Origin: Oscillospiraceae bacterium | GTDB taxonomy: Bacteria > Bacillota > Clostridia > Oscillospirales > Acutalibacteraceae | Assembly (NCBI GenBank): GCA_902786285.1 | Contig: CADABX010000002.1 | Location: 20,855-84,854, forward strand | DNA: 64,000 nucleotides | Direction: 5' to 3' | Shown: piece by piece, positions 20,301 through 27,837 of the stretch | How positions within the stretch are numbered: the stretch's first letter is position 1 | How the letters are laid out: every line of letters begins with the position of its first letter | Made by a program: the position numbers and the translations under genes | The notes under the pieces: generated by a model | The model's input: the letters and a program-made list of their open reading frames with translations, nothing else | Databases searched by the model: none | What the model was told of the DNA's origin: nothing

Positions 20301-23300
20301 CCGCGACAACGGCGACAACACCCACTCCAAGAAGTGTACGAAGTGCGATGCCTACGGCATCATGGTCAACGGCACACCCGTCAAGGACGGCAAGGAAGCC
20401 TGCTACGGTGGCAATGCCACCTGCACCGATGACGCGATCTGCTCCGTCTGCGGTCATACCTATCAGGCAAAGTCCGGCCACAACTACGTGCTGCAGAGCT
20501 GGACGTGGACCGGCTACACCGCCGCAACCGCCCACTATGTCTGCGCGAACGATGCGACGCATAAGAAGGATGTGGAAGCGACCGTCAACAAGACCGATGC
20601 AACCGTGACCTGCACGGCTGCCGGCCAGAACACCTACGTTGCAACGGCAACCTTCACCGACGGCGACAAGACCTACACCGATACCGACACGAAGACCGAG
20701 GTCGTGAACGCGACCGGACACAACTGGGATTTCGAAAACGCAGTTTACAGCTGGGATGCGAACCAGAACTGCACAGTCACACTGAAGTGTCTGAACGATG
20801 AAGAACACGTCTACACCGAAATCGGCAAGAACACGACCGCAACAACGCCGGCCACCTGCGAAGGCACCGGCTCGGTCAAGTACACCGCAACCTTCACCAT
20901 CAACAGCACCTTGACAAGCGAACACACCGAAACGCTTGCGGCCCTCGGCCATAAGTGGGGCGATCCGGCCTGGACCTGGACCGGCAACGACACCGACGGC
21001 TACACCGCAACCGTGAAGCTGGTCTGCGACCGTGTTGCGTCTCACGAAGCAACACCGGATGTGACCGTCACGAAGGATACCGTGGCACCGACCTGCGAAA
21101 AGGACGGCAGAACCGTCTATACCGCAACGGCGACGCTCGACGGCAGAACCTATAAGGACACCAAGATTACGATCCAGCCCGCGAAGGGTCACGACTGGCA
21201 GGCGCCGGTCTTCACCTGGACCGAAGCTGAAAACGGCGGCTACTCCGCTGCCACCGCGCTGATCGCCTGCAACAACGATCCCGCGCATAATCAGACGCTC
21301 AACTGCGCGCTGACAACCGAAACGGACAACGCAACCTGCACCGAAGGCGGCACCGTGACCTATACGGCGACCGTGACCTTCAACGGTCGGACCTACACCG
21401 AAAAGAAGACGGCTGAAGTGACCGCGCTCGGACACAAGTATGCATTCGTTGACTTCACCTGGACCGGCAACGACGCCGACGGCTACACCGCCGCGGTTGC
21501 CAACTTCAAGTGCGCCAACGATCCGACCCATACCACCACGGCGGCTGCAACCGTGACAACCGAAAAGGTTGACGCAATCTGCGAAGCAGATGGCAAGATC
21601 ACCTATACCGCAAATGTCACCTTCGAGGGCAAGGAATACACCGACGAAAAGGTCGTTGTGCTTCCGATGCTCCACCACGATTGGGGCGACGCCACCTACA
21701 CCTGGGTCAAGGACGGCGATCAATACAAGGTCACCGCGCTGCGCGTCTGCGCCAACAACCCGGATGAACATCAGCAGACCGTCACCGTGACCACCACAAG
21801 CGAAATCACTGCAAGCTCCGGTTGCGAGAGCGAAGGCACTATCCTGTACACGGCGACCTTTGAGGCTCCGTTCGCAACCCAGACCAGAGAAGAATCTGTT
21901 GCGGTTGCCGGCCATACGCTGGTCCACACCGATTATCTCGATTCCACCTGCACCAAAGCCGGTAACATCGAATACTGGCGCTGCTCGGTCTGCGGCAAGA
22001 TCTTCACTGACGAAGCTGCAACAGGGGACTCCTATCTCGGCACGGATCTGGCTGCGACTGTGATCGCTGCCAAGGATCACGATTTCGTGATGGAAGGCAA
22101 AACGATGGTCGTTCTCGACAACGAAGACGGCACCCACTCCTTCAAGTGCTCGCGCTGCGACGCCTACGGCGCAGTGATCGACGGCGTTCAGACCATCAAA
22201 GAAAACGGCGGCTTTGTGCCATGCGTCTATGGTAAATGGACCGTTACCCGCAAACCGACCTGCATGGATCCGGGCGAACAGAAAGCCACCTGTAAGATCT
22301 GCGGTCATGTGGAATTTAAGGAAGTCGGCTATGCTGATCACGTGATCGTCAGAATTTCCGCGAAGTCCGCGAAGTGCGAAGCAGACGGCAACAAGGAATA
22401 CTTCAAGTGCAACGTCTGCGGCAAGCTCTTTGCCGACGCGGCTGCAACGACCGAAACCTCGCTTGAAGCAGTCACCCTGCCGAAGCTTGGCCACAACTTC
22501 ACCGGCGCCATCCATAACGACGGCAACGGCACGACCCACAGCTATCTGTGCGTCAACGGCTGCGGCACCTACGGCAATCCGCAGGCGCATGAATTCGATC
22601 AGCAGATCGCTTCGCAGACCTATCTGCGCAACGTTGCCACCTGCACCGAGCCCGCAACCTACTACCTGAGCTGTAAGTGCGGTCAGGCCAGTACGCAGAC
22701 CTTCACAAAGGGCAATGCGCTCGGTCATAACGACGTTGTTTACACCGGTCAGCCGGCAACCTGCACGCAGGCGGGACATACCGAGTATACGGAATGCACA
22801 CGCTGCCACAGACGTGACGGCTATCAGGTGATTGACGCCCTGAACCACGGCGCATACCTGCCCAACGGCACCGGCGCGTCCGCAGACGGCTCGCTGAAAT
22901 GGACGGTTTACAAGTGCGACCACAATTGCGGCGACTACTACGTCGTTCTGAACGTCACCTCGATCGATGCCCAGGGCACGCGCGTGCCGAACGTGAATGT
23001 TACCATCACCGGCAACAACACGAACATCACCGGCAAGACCGACGGCAACGGCGATCTGAAGCTGTCGGATGAAGCGAAGTACCGGCTGATGCCCGGCGTC
23101 TACACAGTTGCGCTTGAATACGTCAGAGACGGCAGCAACTACAACACCCGCGGCACGGTCACCGTGAAGGACGGCACCGTCACCGGTTCCTACGGCAAGC
23201 TGACGCCGTACGGCGGCAACGCTTCCGGCTCCATGGGCGGTGAACCGACAGGTGAATTCCGCTGCAGCATGTGCAATACGTACGAGAGCACGAAGAATGT

Positions 23301-23370
23301 TCCGGTCTACGGCTGGTTCATCTCGATCATCCACTTCTTCGTACATATGATAAGCCGCATCGGCAAATAA
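11341..23370 (+). CDS. giant (4009 aa) secreted Cys/His-rich modular repeat protein of unknown family
   Basis: Uninterrupted 12,030-nt ORF; GGAGG lies 8 nt before the ATG. Sec signal peptide MTKKARKTGKRCLALFMTVLMLMSAWVFVAPTASA|AAG. One InlB-B-repeat-like unit (YTVKFYDGNN...YTFSSWG, 12144-12336). It then has roughly 65-70 short modules, each closed by (L)GH and containing CxxC or C..H pairs. A beta-sandwich-like domain lies at 22936-23190. The C-terminal CxxC plus hydrophobic tail is at 23251-23367. Confidence 0.9.
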   Translation: MTKKARKTGKRCLALFMTVLMLMSAWVFVAPTASAAAGNYTLVLNYTIDNAPGGSSYLKVNITYKTNNGTGSETSTGDISIATNSSPQTVTVAGWPTKVSWKAKGQAWDIYKGHFTSATINGAPAWSGNSGWDSGGGFTAFEKSGSFDLSATAPYMASLTISGTGSHTIPKTGASNLTSNYTVSAAYDQYGVQWYTEPTSTFWINASQPANASEAAHDTATGCSISGSGTLTVTSSAQIAGTTNSKTVYVSCVNGSAWGTKAVTLNDPKYTVKFYDGNNAQFGSTQSIYYGCDATKPSGTPVKDPDADNHYTFSSWGTYTNITTDTNVNASFNSASHTGTWGNNTATCTAGGTETRTCPTCGYVNTRTSSALGHNWVTTVSADHLKSAATCTSPAVYYKWCSRCGANHPTDTFTNGSALGHDFTGAYQNVSDGRHNRKCSRCNEYGIGSGTSATVNGTEACSGGTANCVDKAVCQHCNTVYGVVDPANHKSTENRAAVANSCETDGYTAGVYCTACNQWVSGHEPVAAKGHDYTGAIHSLGNGTHNWACKNNCGTYGKVENGTQVKDGTVSCDATYGAWSDDTATCLEGGSHSRTCSECGYTQTEATSQLGHNWVTTVSADHLISAANCETPATYHKWCSRCGANHPSETFTNGAALGHNYTGAAHNLGNGTHNWACKNGCGTYGKVEGETQVKNGVVSCDATYGAWSDDTATCTAAGSQSRTCSVCGYVQTRTTDPLNHHWVETANENHKVSDATCEVAKTYHKWCDRCGDDHPTDTFTVGNPLGHDYTGAPRDNGDGTHSWLCKKGCGTYGKVEGDTQVKNGKTGHTYGDFYDVHDATCTEEGSQTHKCTVCNKVETLPIPTNDNHDWDDGEITTPANCHDLGVKTFTCSRCGATKTEDVAINPNNHKHLVRTAPVDNGCENDGNIEYWFCDGCNKYYSDAAATQQITQADTVLAATGHDFSADASRIHSMNDGTHNWVCANGCGACGKVENNTQVKDGTVSCDATYGNWTTDTATCTAGGSHSRTCSACGYVQTEETPELGHRWVTTVSAAHKISDADCEHAAKYHKWCSRCGIDHETDTFTDGDPLGHDFTDTPHDLGNGTHNWKCSRCNEYGIVENGEQVKNGSVSCADTYGDWETVVQNDCVNGGSEKRTCAVCGHVETKDTNPLGHLFTKQTVSDATLYQVATCNSKARYWYSCARCNEIERDDNHTFESGEFDPNNHNYVFERTVDPWCETQGYDIYRCSRCGDTQNRNFVDPLNHTWGAWESISSTQHKRVCERDANHSETENHDMQLIETIAPTCEAIGYEVWTCSVCGYSEHREEQAALGHDFTGDVRDNDNGTHSFKCTHEGCGKYGVGTGAGAEVNGSENCQYGAWSEDTATCLVGGSHTKVCDVCGHSVTEATPPLGHKFDAEIVSADTLAVRATCTEQAEYYYTCSREGCGEIQRDTTKTFKAGDPLGHDWETEPPVYLWENNNTRMTATLYCGNDKNHSISETVTAAKVVTKEPTCTEKGVATYTATFANDPTQNEYNYTTSFTTQTTTSDVDKLPHTLTDDTHHAAVDPTCTEPGNIEYWICEVCGGYFEDVGGYYPTTAEGVVLPIDPDAHNWGDWTDNGADNHKRVCSRDEENHVETEAHSWKDIYSEDLIVGDKNVDPCTGRIECYQTCEVCGRTNDADHTFVVSEGEGHKMPLTHHEATVATCVTAGNSEYYECSVCGKYFSDAEGTQPIADKSSVIVQPSGHNWGTTPAWYWVKNGDSYDVTAVFTCTRDMSHKQNITATVTPDAANHPATCEEDGASTWNAVATFNGVDYTDSKSETTPAIGHKYIHVKEGSWVWTESDGAYTVKVTLVCDNDSTHEIERDALVSYTTDAPNCTTPGTRHYTAAVALDNGTMETDTKDSVVPVVGHSMVATAKKDATCDEAGYEAYWTCSVCGKLFSDANGEHEITAPVVINAKGHTWGTPEYSWEKRGNDYYVTATVTCTTDTRHVVTETVKAVGEQTKDPTCTEKGETTYTATFAKEQFSTQTKDVQDIPTVAHTLTKTEAVEATCTVEGFDAYWTCSECGKIFSDENGDHEISEVTKALDPDNHKTLVHTAKVDATCLVNGNIEYWTCNDCHQKLVYNDAGKLVEVTDVVIPAGPAHHRFTTHVSEKAATCTQQGNVEYWTCSVCGKHFNGNTESATELTNVSTAPLGHDVTKTAAKAATCTEDGNLEYWYCARCHQYFLADSITAEPVAFSATVDPKKGHTAVSVDAVAVQCEADGNKAYSYCSVCDTILTLDGVDVSLNGWTRRGNSDVYTITQTGHAYGNPTWTWNDDHTSATATRICANDPTHTVSMTDNEIESVIIDKTHTTDGKATYTAEVTFAYDNKTFTDVVEIVDTASGHHTTKVDAKDATCEATGNLEYWICNDEGCGKLFKDENALVETTLEAVTLEALGHNYVNPTWTWTQNGNFYTGATLTFTCANDATHKQTPEVTFTADQTNPDCTNAGKIVYTATATFEGKTYTDTKEVTLEKAGHTLSATAAKDATCLADGNIAYWTCSVCNKIFSDKNARYEITAADTVIPALGHTYNYANAAYNWNADHSSCTATATCIRCDATDTETKASTNNVKIPATCEAQGIGIYTVDFDNANFATQTYDELIPATGHGTAVMHEGKAATCEAAGFEAYWTCSVCGKLFKAETLTAENEIANPIVIPATGHDWDYTKENITYTWSNTEPYTCTATVTCKNDGTHTKDVTGSVTITDSTEANCTTDGSRTYTATFPADTSIPNDTKTATTPALGHDFSESVDRAHVVDGTHHNYKCVRCDAYGIMDGEEAKANESVACTFHGDWLVSENETCTEAGSEWRKCDFCSNKETREREALSHKVFSVDAKDATCVAIGNKAYTYCERCGLLLTVDGTSVEDQNVKFNTPEAITLYKTEDPLAHNLTATVAKAATCEEDGNIAYWTCSLCGKIFNIENPTAETTAITLTDTVIPATKHDFTGAVRDNGDNTHSKKCTKCDAYGIMVNGTPVKDGKEACYGGNATCTDDAICSVCGHTYQAKSGHNYVLQSWTWTGYTAATAHYVCANDATHKKDVEATVNKTDATVTCTAAGQNTYVATATFTDGDKTYTDTDTKTEVVNATGHNWDFENAVYSWDANQNCTVTLKCLNDEEHVYTEIGKNTTATTPATCEGTGSVKYTATFTINSTLTSEHTETLAALGHKWGDPAWTWTGNDTDGYTATVKLVCDRVASHEATPDVTVTKDTVAPTCEKDGRTVYTATATLDGRTYKDTKITIQPAKGHDWQAPVFTWTEAENGGYSAATALIACNNDPAHNQTLNCALTTETDNATCTEGGTVTYTATVTFNGRTYTEKKTAEVTALGHKYAFVDFTWTGNDADGYTAAVANFKCANDPTHTTTAAATVTTEKVDAICEADGKITYTANVTFEGKEYTDEKVVVLPMLHHDWGDATYTWVKDGDQYKVTALRVCANNPDEHQQTVTVTTTSEITASSGCESEGTILYTATFEAPFATQTREESVAVAGHTLVHTDYLDSTCTKAGNIEYWRCSVCGKIFTDEAATGDSYLGTDLAATVIAAKDHDFVMEGKTMVVLDNEDGTHSFKCSRCDAYGAVIDGVQTIKENGGFVPCVYGKWTVTRKPTCMDPGEQKATCKICGHVEFKEVGYADHVIVRISAKSAKCEADGNKEYFKCNVCGKLFADAAATTETSLEAVTLPKLGHNFTGAIHNDGNGTTHSYLCVNGCGTYGNPQAHEFDQQIASQTYLRNVATCTEPATYYLSCKCGQASTQTFTKGNALGHNDVVYTGQPATCTQAGHTEYTECTRCHRRDGYQVIDALNHGAYLPNGTGASADGSLKWTVYKCDHNCGDYYVVLNVTSIDAQGTRVPNVNVTITGNNTNITGKTDGNGDLKLSDEAKYRLMPGVYTVALEYVRDGSNYNTRGTVTVKDGTVTGSYGKLTPYGGNASGSMGGEPTGEFRCSMCNTYESTKNVPVYGWFISIIHFFVHMISRIGK
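12350..15726 (+). repeat. intragenic super-repeat zone (about 384-nt, 128-aa three-module unit)
   Basis: The GGCACCCACAACTGG (GTHNW) landmark recurs at 12967, 13351, 13745, 14266 and 14650, with variants at 12637 and 15370. The spacings 12967->13351 and 14266->14650 are exactly 384 nt. Exact shared runs include ACCCACAACTGGGCCTGTAAGAAC (24 nt) and TGGAGCGACGACACCGCCACCTG (23 nt). Confidence 0.85.
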
Positions 23371-23398
23371 ACACCGCGTTGGCTTTGGCCAACAACAA

Positions 23399-23427
23399 AT
23401 GTCCCTGCTTCGGCGGGGACATTTTTG
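23399..23427 (+). terminator. rho-independent terminator of the giant gene
   Basis: ATGTCCCTGC-ttcg-GCGGGGACAT (one wobble) followed by TTTTT. A smaller hairpin, GTTGGC-ttt-GCCAAC, precedes it. Confidence 0.8.
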
Positions 23428-23461
23428 CTGCGTCTTTTCCCTTCGCAAACACTCGGACAAG

Positions 23462-23490
23462 TTGACTTTTTAGAAAAATCGTTGTATAAT
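23462..23490 (+). promoter_or_regulatory. sigmaA promoter
   Basis: TTGACT (23462-23467), a 17-nt spacer, then TG-TATAAT (TATAAT at 23485-23490). Confidence 0.65.
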
Positions 23491-23519
23491 AATGCAATCA
23501 AACAGGTTCGGAGGCACTT

Positions 23520-24749
23520 ATGGCAAAAGTATTGGTGATCGGCGGCGGCGCGGCAGGGTTGCTTGCGGCCGGAACAGCAGCGCAGCGCGGACACGAGGTG
23601 ACGATCCTCGAACGCAACGAACGCCCGGCGCGCAAGGTGATGATTACCGGCAAAGGCCGCTGCAATCTGACCAATCATTGCACGCTGATCAACGAACTTG
23701 TTGCCCAGGTGCCGACCAACGGCCGCTTTTTGCACGGCGCGTTTTCGCGCTTTATGCCGCAGGACATCATGGAACTGGTGGAAGCCGAGGGCGTGGAACT
23801 GAAGATCGAACGCGGCAACCGCGTGTTTCCCGTGTCGGACAAGGCGGTCGATATTGTCGACGCGCTGGTGCGCTTTGCAACGAAAAACGGCGCAAAGCTC
23901 CGGCAGGGCAGAGCCACGGCGCTGCTGCTCGAAGACGGCGCCGTCAAAGGCGTCAAAACCGAAGACGGCGACACGATCTTCGCCGACCGCGTCATCATTG
24001 CAACAGGCGGCATGTCCTATCCGCTGACCGGTTCCACCGGCGACGGCTACACGCTTGCCAAACAGGCCGGCCACACGATTGCCGATCCCAAACCGTCGCT
24101 GGTGCCGTTGGTGTGCCACGAGGGCTTTTGCTCCGATCTGCAGGGGCTTTCGCTGCGCAACGTGGCGATCACGGTGCGTGACATGACCAACTACAAGGAA
24201 GTCTACACCGATTTCGGCGAAATGTTGTTTACCCATTTCGGCGTCTCCGGCCCGATGATTTTGTCGGCCAGCACCCATTTGCGCCCGATGGAAAAGGGAC
24301 GCTACGAGATCCACATCGACCTCAAGCCGGCGCTCTCCCATGAACAGCTCGACGCCCGGGTGCAGCGCGAGTTTCTTGCCGCCTCCAACAAAAACTTCAT
24401 TAACGCGCTGGATTCGCTCCTGCCAAAAAAACTGGTGCCGGTGATCGTGCGGCTGTGCGGCGTCAAACCGTCGCTCAAGGTCAACCAGGTCACGCGTGAG
24501 ATGCGCGGCCGGCTGGTCAATCTGCTCAAGGATCTCAAGGTCACGGTCAACGGCTTCCGGCCGATCGAAGAGGCGATCGTCACCTCCGGCGGCGTCCATG
24601 TGAAGGAAGTGGATCCCAAAACGATGCAGTCCAAGCTGTGCGAAGGGCTGTACTTTGCCGGCGAGGTGCTCGACGTGGACGCCTACACCGGCGGCTTCAA
24701 TTTGCAAATCGCGTTTTCCACCGGCCATCTGGCAGGGGAGAGCGTCTGA
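23520..24749 (+). CDS. NAD(P)/FAD-dependent oxidoreductase, HI0933/BaiN family flavoprotein
   Basis: N-terminal Rossmann motif VLVIGGGAAGLLAAGTAAQRG followed by ITGKGRCNLTN, which is typical of the HI0933-like family. Confidence 0.8.
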   Translation: MAKVLVIGGGAAGLLAAGTAAQRGHEVTILERNERPARKVMITGKGRCNLTNHCTLINELVAQVPTNGRFLHGAFSRFMPQDIMELVEAEGVELKIERGNRVFPVSDKAVDIVDALVRFATKNGAKLRQGRATALLLEDGAVKGVKTEDGDTIFADRVIIATGGMSYPLTGSTGDGYTLAKQAGHTIADPKPSLVPLVCHEGFCSDLQGLSLRNVAITVRDMTNYKEVYTDFGEMLFTHFGVSGPMILSASTHLRPMEKGRYEIHIDLKPALSHEQLDARVQREFLAASNKNFINALDSLLPKKLVPVIVRLCGVKPSLKVNQVTREMRGRLVNLLKDLKVTVNGFRPIEEAIVTSGGVHVKEVDPKTMQSKLCEGLYFAGEVLDVDAYTGGFNLQIAFSTGHLAGESV

Positions 24750-24765
24750 TAAAAGGAGAACGATT

Positions 24766-25437
24766 ATGATCAATGTTGCGATCGACGGGCCTGCCGGCGC
24801 AGGCAAAAGCACCATCTCCCGCCGCGCTGCGGCTGCACTCGGCTATATCTACATCGACACCGGCGCGCTGTACCGCACCGTCGGCGTCCACGCGCTGCGT
24901 CTCGGCGTTGATACGCAGGACCCGGACGCGGTTGCCGCCTGCCTGACCGACGATCTGCAGGTGGAGCTGCGCTTTGTGAACGGTGAACAGCGTATGTTCC
25001 TTGGCGGAGAGGATGTGTCCGAAGCCATCCGCACGCCAGAAGCCTCGCTCGCCGCGTCCGCCGTGTCGGCGGTGCCGGCGGTGCGCGCCTATCTGTTTGA
25101 TCTGCAAAAGCAGCTCGCGCACGACAACAACTGCATCATGGACGGCCGCGATATCGGTACGGTTGTGTTGCCCGACGCACAGGTCAAGATCTTTCTGACC
25201 GCGTCGCCCGAAGCGCGCGCCGAACGCCGCTACAAAGAGCTTTGCGAAAAAGGTATGGACGTCAAGTATGAAGATGTGCTGGCCGACATGATTCAGCGCG
25301 ATTACAACGACAGCCACCGCGCCATTGCGCCGCTGAAACCGGCAGACGACGCCATCACGGTTGACACGAGCAACATCGGCCTTGAAGAGTCGGTCGCCCT
25401 GGTGATCCGGACGATCAAGGACAAACTTGAGAATTAA
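24766..25437 (+). CDS. cmk: cytidylate kinase
   Basis: MINVAIDGPAGAGKSTISRRAAAALGYIYIDTGALYR. ATG 24766 follows AAAAGGAG. The track ORF (24655) extends upstream into the preceding gene. Confidence 0.9.
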   Translation: MINVAIDGPAGAGKSTISRRAAAALGYIYIDTGALYRTVGVHALRLGVDTQDPDAVAACLTDDLQVELRFVNGEQRMFLGGEDVSEAIRTPEASLAASAVSAVPAVRAYLFDLQKQLAHDNNCIMDGRDIGTVVLPDAQVKIFLTASPEARAERRYKELCEKGMDVKYEDVLADMIQRDYNDSHRAIAPLKPADDAITVDTSNIGLEESVALVIRTIKDKLEN

Positions 25438-25488
25438 CGCTGATACAATTTTCACTTTTCAATTTTCAATTGAATCGAGGTGTGTTCC

Positions 25489-27687
25489 ATGCCGCCAACC
25501 ATCACGCTTGCCAAAACAGCCGGCTTTTGCTTCGGTGTGGACCGCGCGGTCAAAATGCTGTATGACCTTGTGGCGCAGGGCGATCCGGTCTGCACGCTCG
25601 GGCCGATCATTCACAATCCGCAGGTGATCGACGACCTGCGGCAAAAGGGCGTCGCCATTCTGGAAAAGGCGGAAGACGCTGTGCCGGGCGCCAAGGTTGT
25701 CATCCGCGCCCACGGTGTGCCGAAGCAGGTGTTTGACCTGTTTGCGGAAACAGGCATCGACTATGTCGATGCGACCTGCCCCTATGTGCTGAAGATCCAC
25801 CGTATCGTGGAGCAGCACACGTCGCCCGACACCGTGCTGATCATTGCCGGCGACGAACAGCACCCGGAGGTGCAGGGCTTTCGTAGCCGCAGCAAGGGCG
25901 TGTCCTACGTCTGCGGCGATCTGCAGCAGTTTCTGGCGCTGACGCAGGCACATCCGGAATTTTCCGAAAAAGAAGTTCTGCTCGTCGCGCAGACCACTTT
26001 TTCTGTAAAAGTTTTTCAAAAAATCCATGAAATTTTTGAAAAACTATATACAAATTCAAAATCTTTTGATACAATATGTAAAGCGACGCAAAATCGGCAA
26101 ATGGAAGCTGAAGCGCTCGCAAAGCGAAGCGACTGCATGATCGTGATCGGCGGACGCTTCAGTTCAAACACCGTTAAACTCTATCGTGTGTGCGAACCGT
26201 ATTGCAGGACTTATCTTGTCGAACGCGCCGAAGAGGTGCGCGAACTCGACCTTGCATCCTGCAACTGCATTGGGGTAACAGCAGGTGCGTCCACGCCTGC
26301 AGGTATTATAAAGGAGGTACTTTTTACCATGTCCGAAATCATCAACGAAAACAAAACAGAAGAAATGAATTGGGAGGCTGCGCTGGAAGAGAATCTCAAG
26401 GCAATGAGCTCTGACCAGGAAGTAACAGGCGTTGTTGTAGGTATTGCACCGAATGAAATACAGGTAGATATCGGCAGAAAATATGCTGGCTTCGTTCCCG
26501 TTGAGGAATACAGCAACGATCCGACTGCCGACCCGCAGAAAGAGCTGAAGATCGGGGACGAGATCAAGCTCATCATCATGAAGACAAACGATTCCGAAGG
26601 CACCATGATGCTTTCCAAGCGCCGCTACGATGCAAAGGCTGCGTGGGATCAGATCACCGAAGCGAAGGACAACGAGGAAATTCTCGAAGGCGTCATCGCG
26701 GAAGCCGTCAAGGGCGGCGTGCTGGTCTACACCAAGGGCGTGCGTGTGTTCATTCCGGGTTCTCTGACCGGCCTGCCGCGCGACGCTGAGCTGAGCGAAC
26801 TGGTCAAGCAGACCGTGAAGTTCCGCATCATCGACGTGGACAAGCAAAAGAAGCGTGCTGTCGGCTCCATCCGTTCCGTCCTGCGCGAAGAGCGCAAGGC
26901 TGCGACCGAAGCCTTCTGGAACGAGATCGAAGAAGGCAAGGAATACACCGGCACAGTGAAGAGCCTGACCTCCTATGGCGCATTTGTGGACCTCGGCGGC
27001 GTGGACGGCATGATCCACATTTCCGAGCTGAGCTGGAAGCGTATCAAGCATCCGAGCGAAGTGGTCAAGGAAGGCGACACGGTCAACGTGTATGTCAAGG
27101 CGCTCGATAAAGAAAACAAGCGCATTTCCCTGGGCTACAAGCGCGTGGAAGACAATCCGTGGGAGATCCTCAAGCGGGATTATCCTGTCGGCACCGTTTG
27201 CGAAGCGACCGTGGTCGGCCTGACCTCCTTCGGCGCATTCGCCAATGTCATCGACGGCATCGACGGTCTGATCCACATTTCCCAGATCGCGGACCGCCGC
27301 ATCGCATCCCCGGCAGAAGTGCTGCACGTGGGCGACGTTGTCACCGTGAAGATCACCGACATCGATTTCGAAAAGAAGCGCGTGAGCCTTTCCATCCGTG
27401 CGCTGCTTGAGCCGACCAACGGCATCGACCTGAGCGACGAAGCAGACGCGGAAGACGAGCAGGACATCGCCGACGCAGAGGAAGCGGTTGCGGAAGCGAT
27501 CGTGGACGAAGCGGAAGCTGCCCCGGTAGAGCCCGCAGAAGAAGCTGCAGCCGCCATCGCAGACGCCGAGCTGGTGGAGAAAGCCGAAGAAGCGGTTGCG
27601 GAAGCGATCGTGGAAGAAGCCGAAGCCGTCCCGGCCGAAGCAGCCGAAGAAGCTGCCGAAGCACTGGAAGCGACCGACGCCGAATAA
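25489..27687 (+). CDS. ispH: bifunctional 4-hydroxy-3-methylbut-2-enyl diphosphate reductase / 30S ribosomal protein S1
   Basis: The N-terminal ~280 aa are IspH/LytB ([25 protein letters not shown]). Four S1 domains follow (GVVVG..., [10 protein letters not shown]..., [15 protein letters not shown]..., [15 protein letters not shown]...), and then an acidic Ala/Glu tail. cmk-S1 linkage is typical. Confidence 0.9.
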   Translation: MPPTITLAKTAGFCFGVDRAVKMLYDLVAQGDPVCTLGPIIHNPQVIDDLRQKGVAILEKAEDAVPGAKVVIRAHGVPKQVFDLFAETGIDYVDATCPYVLKIHRIVEQHTSPDTVLIIAGDEQHPEVQGFRSRSKGVSYVCGDLQQFLALTQAHPEFSEKEVLLVAQTTFSVKVFQKIHEIFEKLYTNSKSFDTICKATQNRQMEAEALAKRSDCMIVIGGRFSSNTVKLYRVCEPYCRTYLVERAEEVRELDLASCNCIGVTAGASTPAGIIKEVLFTMSEIINENKTEEMNWEAALEENLKAMSSDQEVTGVVVGIAPNEIQVDIGRKYAGFVPVEEYSNDPTADPQKELKIGDEIKLIIMKTNDSEGTMMLSKRRYDAKAAWDQITEAKDNEEILEGVIAEAVKGGVLVYTKGVRVFIPGSLTGLPRDAELSELVKQTVKFRIIDVDKQKKRAVGSIRSVLREERKAATEAFWNEIEEGKEYTGTVKSLTSYGAFVDLGGVDGMIHISELSWKRIKHPSEVVKEGDTVNVYVKALDKENKRISLGYKRVEDNPWEILKRDYPVGTVCEATVVGLTSFGAFANVIDGIDGLIHISQIADRRIASPAEVLHVGDVVTVKITDIDFEKKRVSLSIRALLEPTNGIDLSDEADAEDEQDIADAEEAVAEAIVDEAEAAPVEPAEEAAAAIADAELVEKAEEAVAEAIVEEAEAVPAEAAEEAAEALEATDAE

Positions 27688-27699
27688 CAAACAAAAATT

Positions 27700-27723
27700 G
27701 CCGTCCGTTTGGACGGCTTTTTT
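27700..27723 (+). terminator. rho-independent terminator
   Basis: GCCGTCC-gttt-GGACGGC followed by TTTTTT. Confidence 0.85.
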
Positions 27724-27837
27724 GTTTTAGAACCGAGCGAGGGCCAAGGGCCGAGGGACGCGCTGAACGCGGTCTGAAAACGCGACGGCGGGTGAGGTTT
27801 GAACCCGACCATTGCGCACCGTTTCCGGCAAAGCACA

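Noticed and set aside
11341-23370. A diversity-generating retroelement or phase-variation mechanism acting on the giant repeat gene.
   Set aside because: The window contains no reverse transcriptase, template repeat, invertase, or homopolymeric/SSR tract at the 5' end. Variation between repeats looks like ordinary divergence after duplication.
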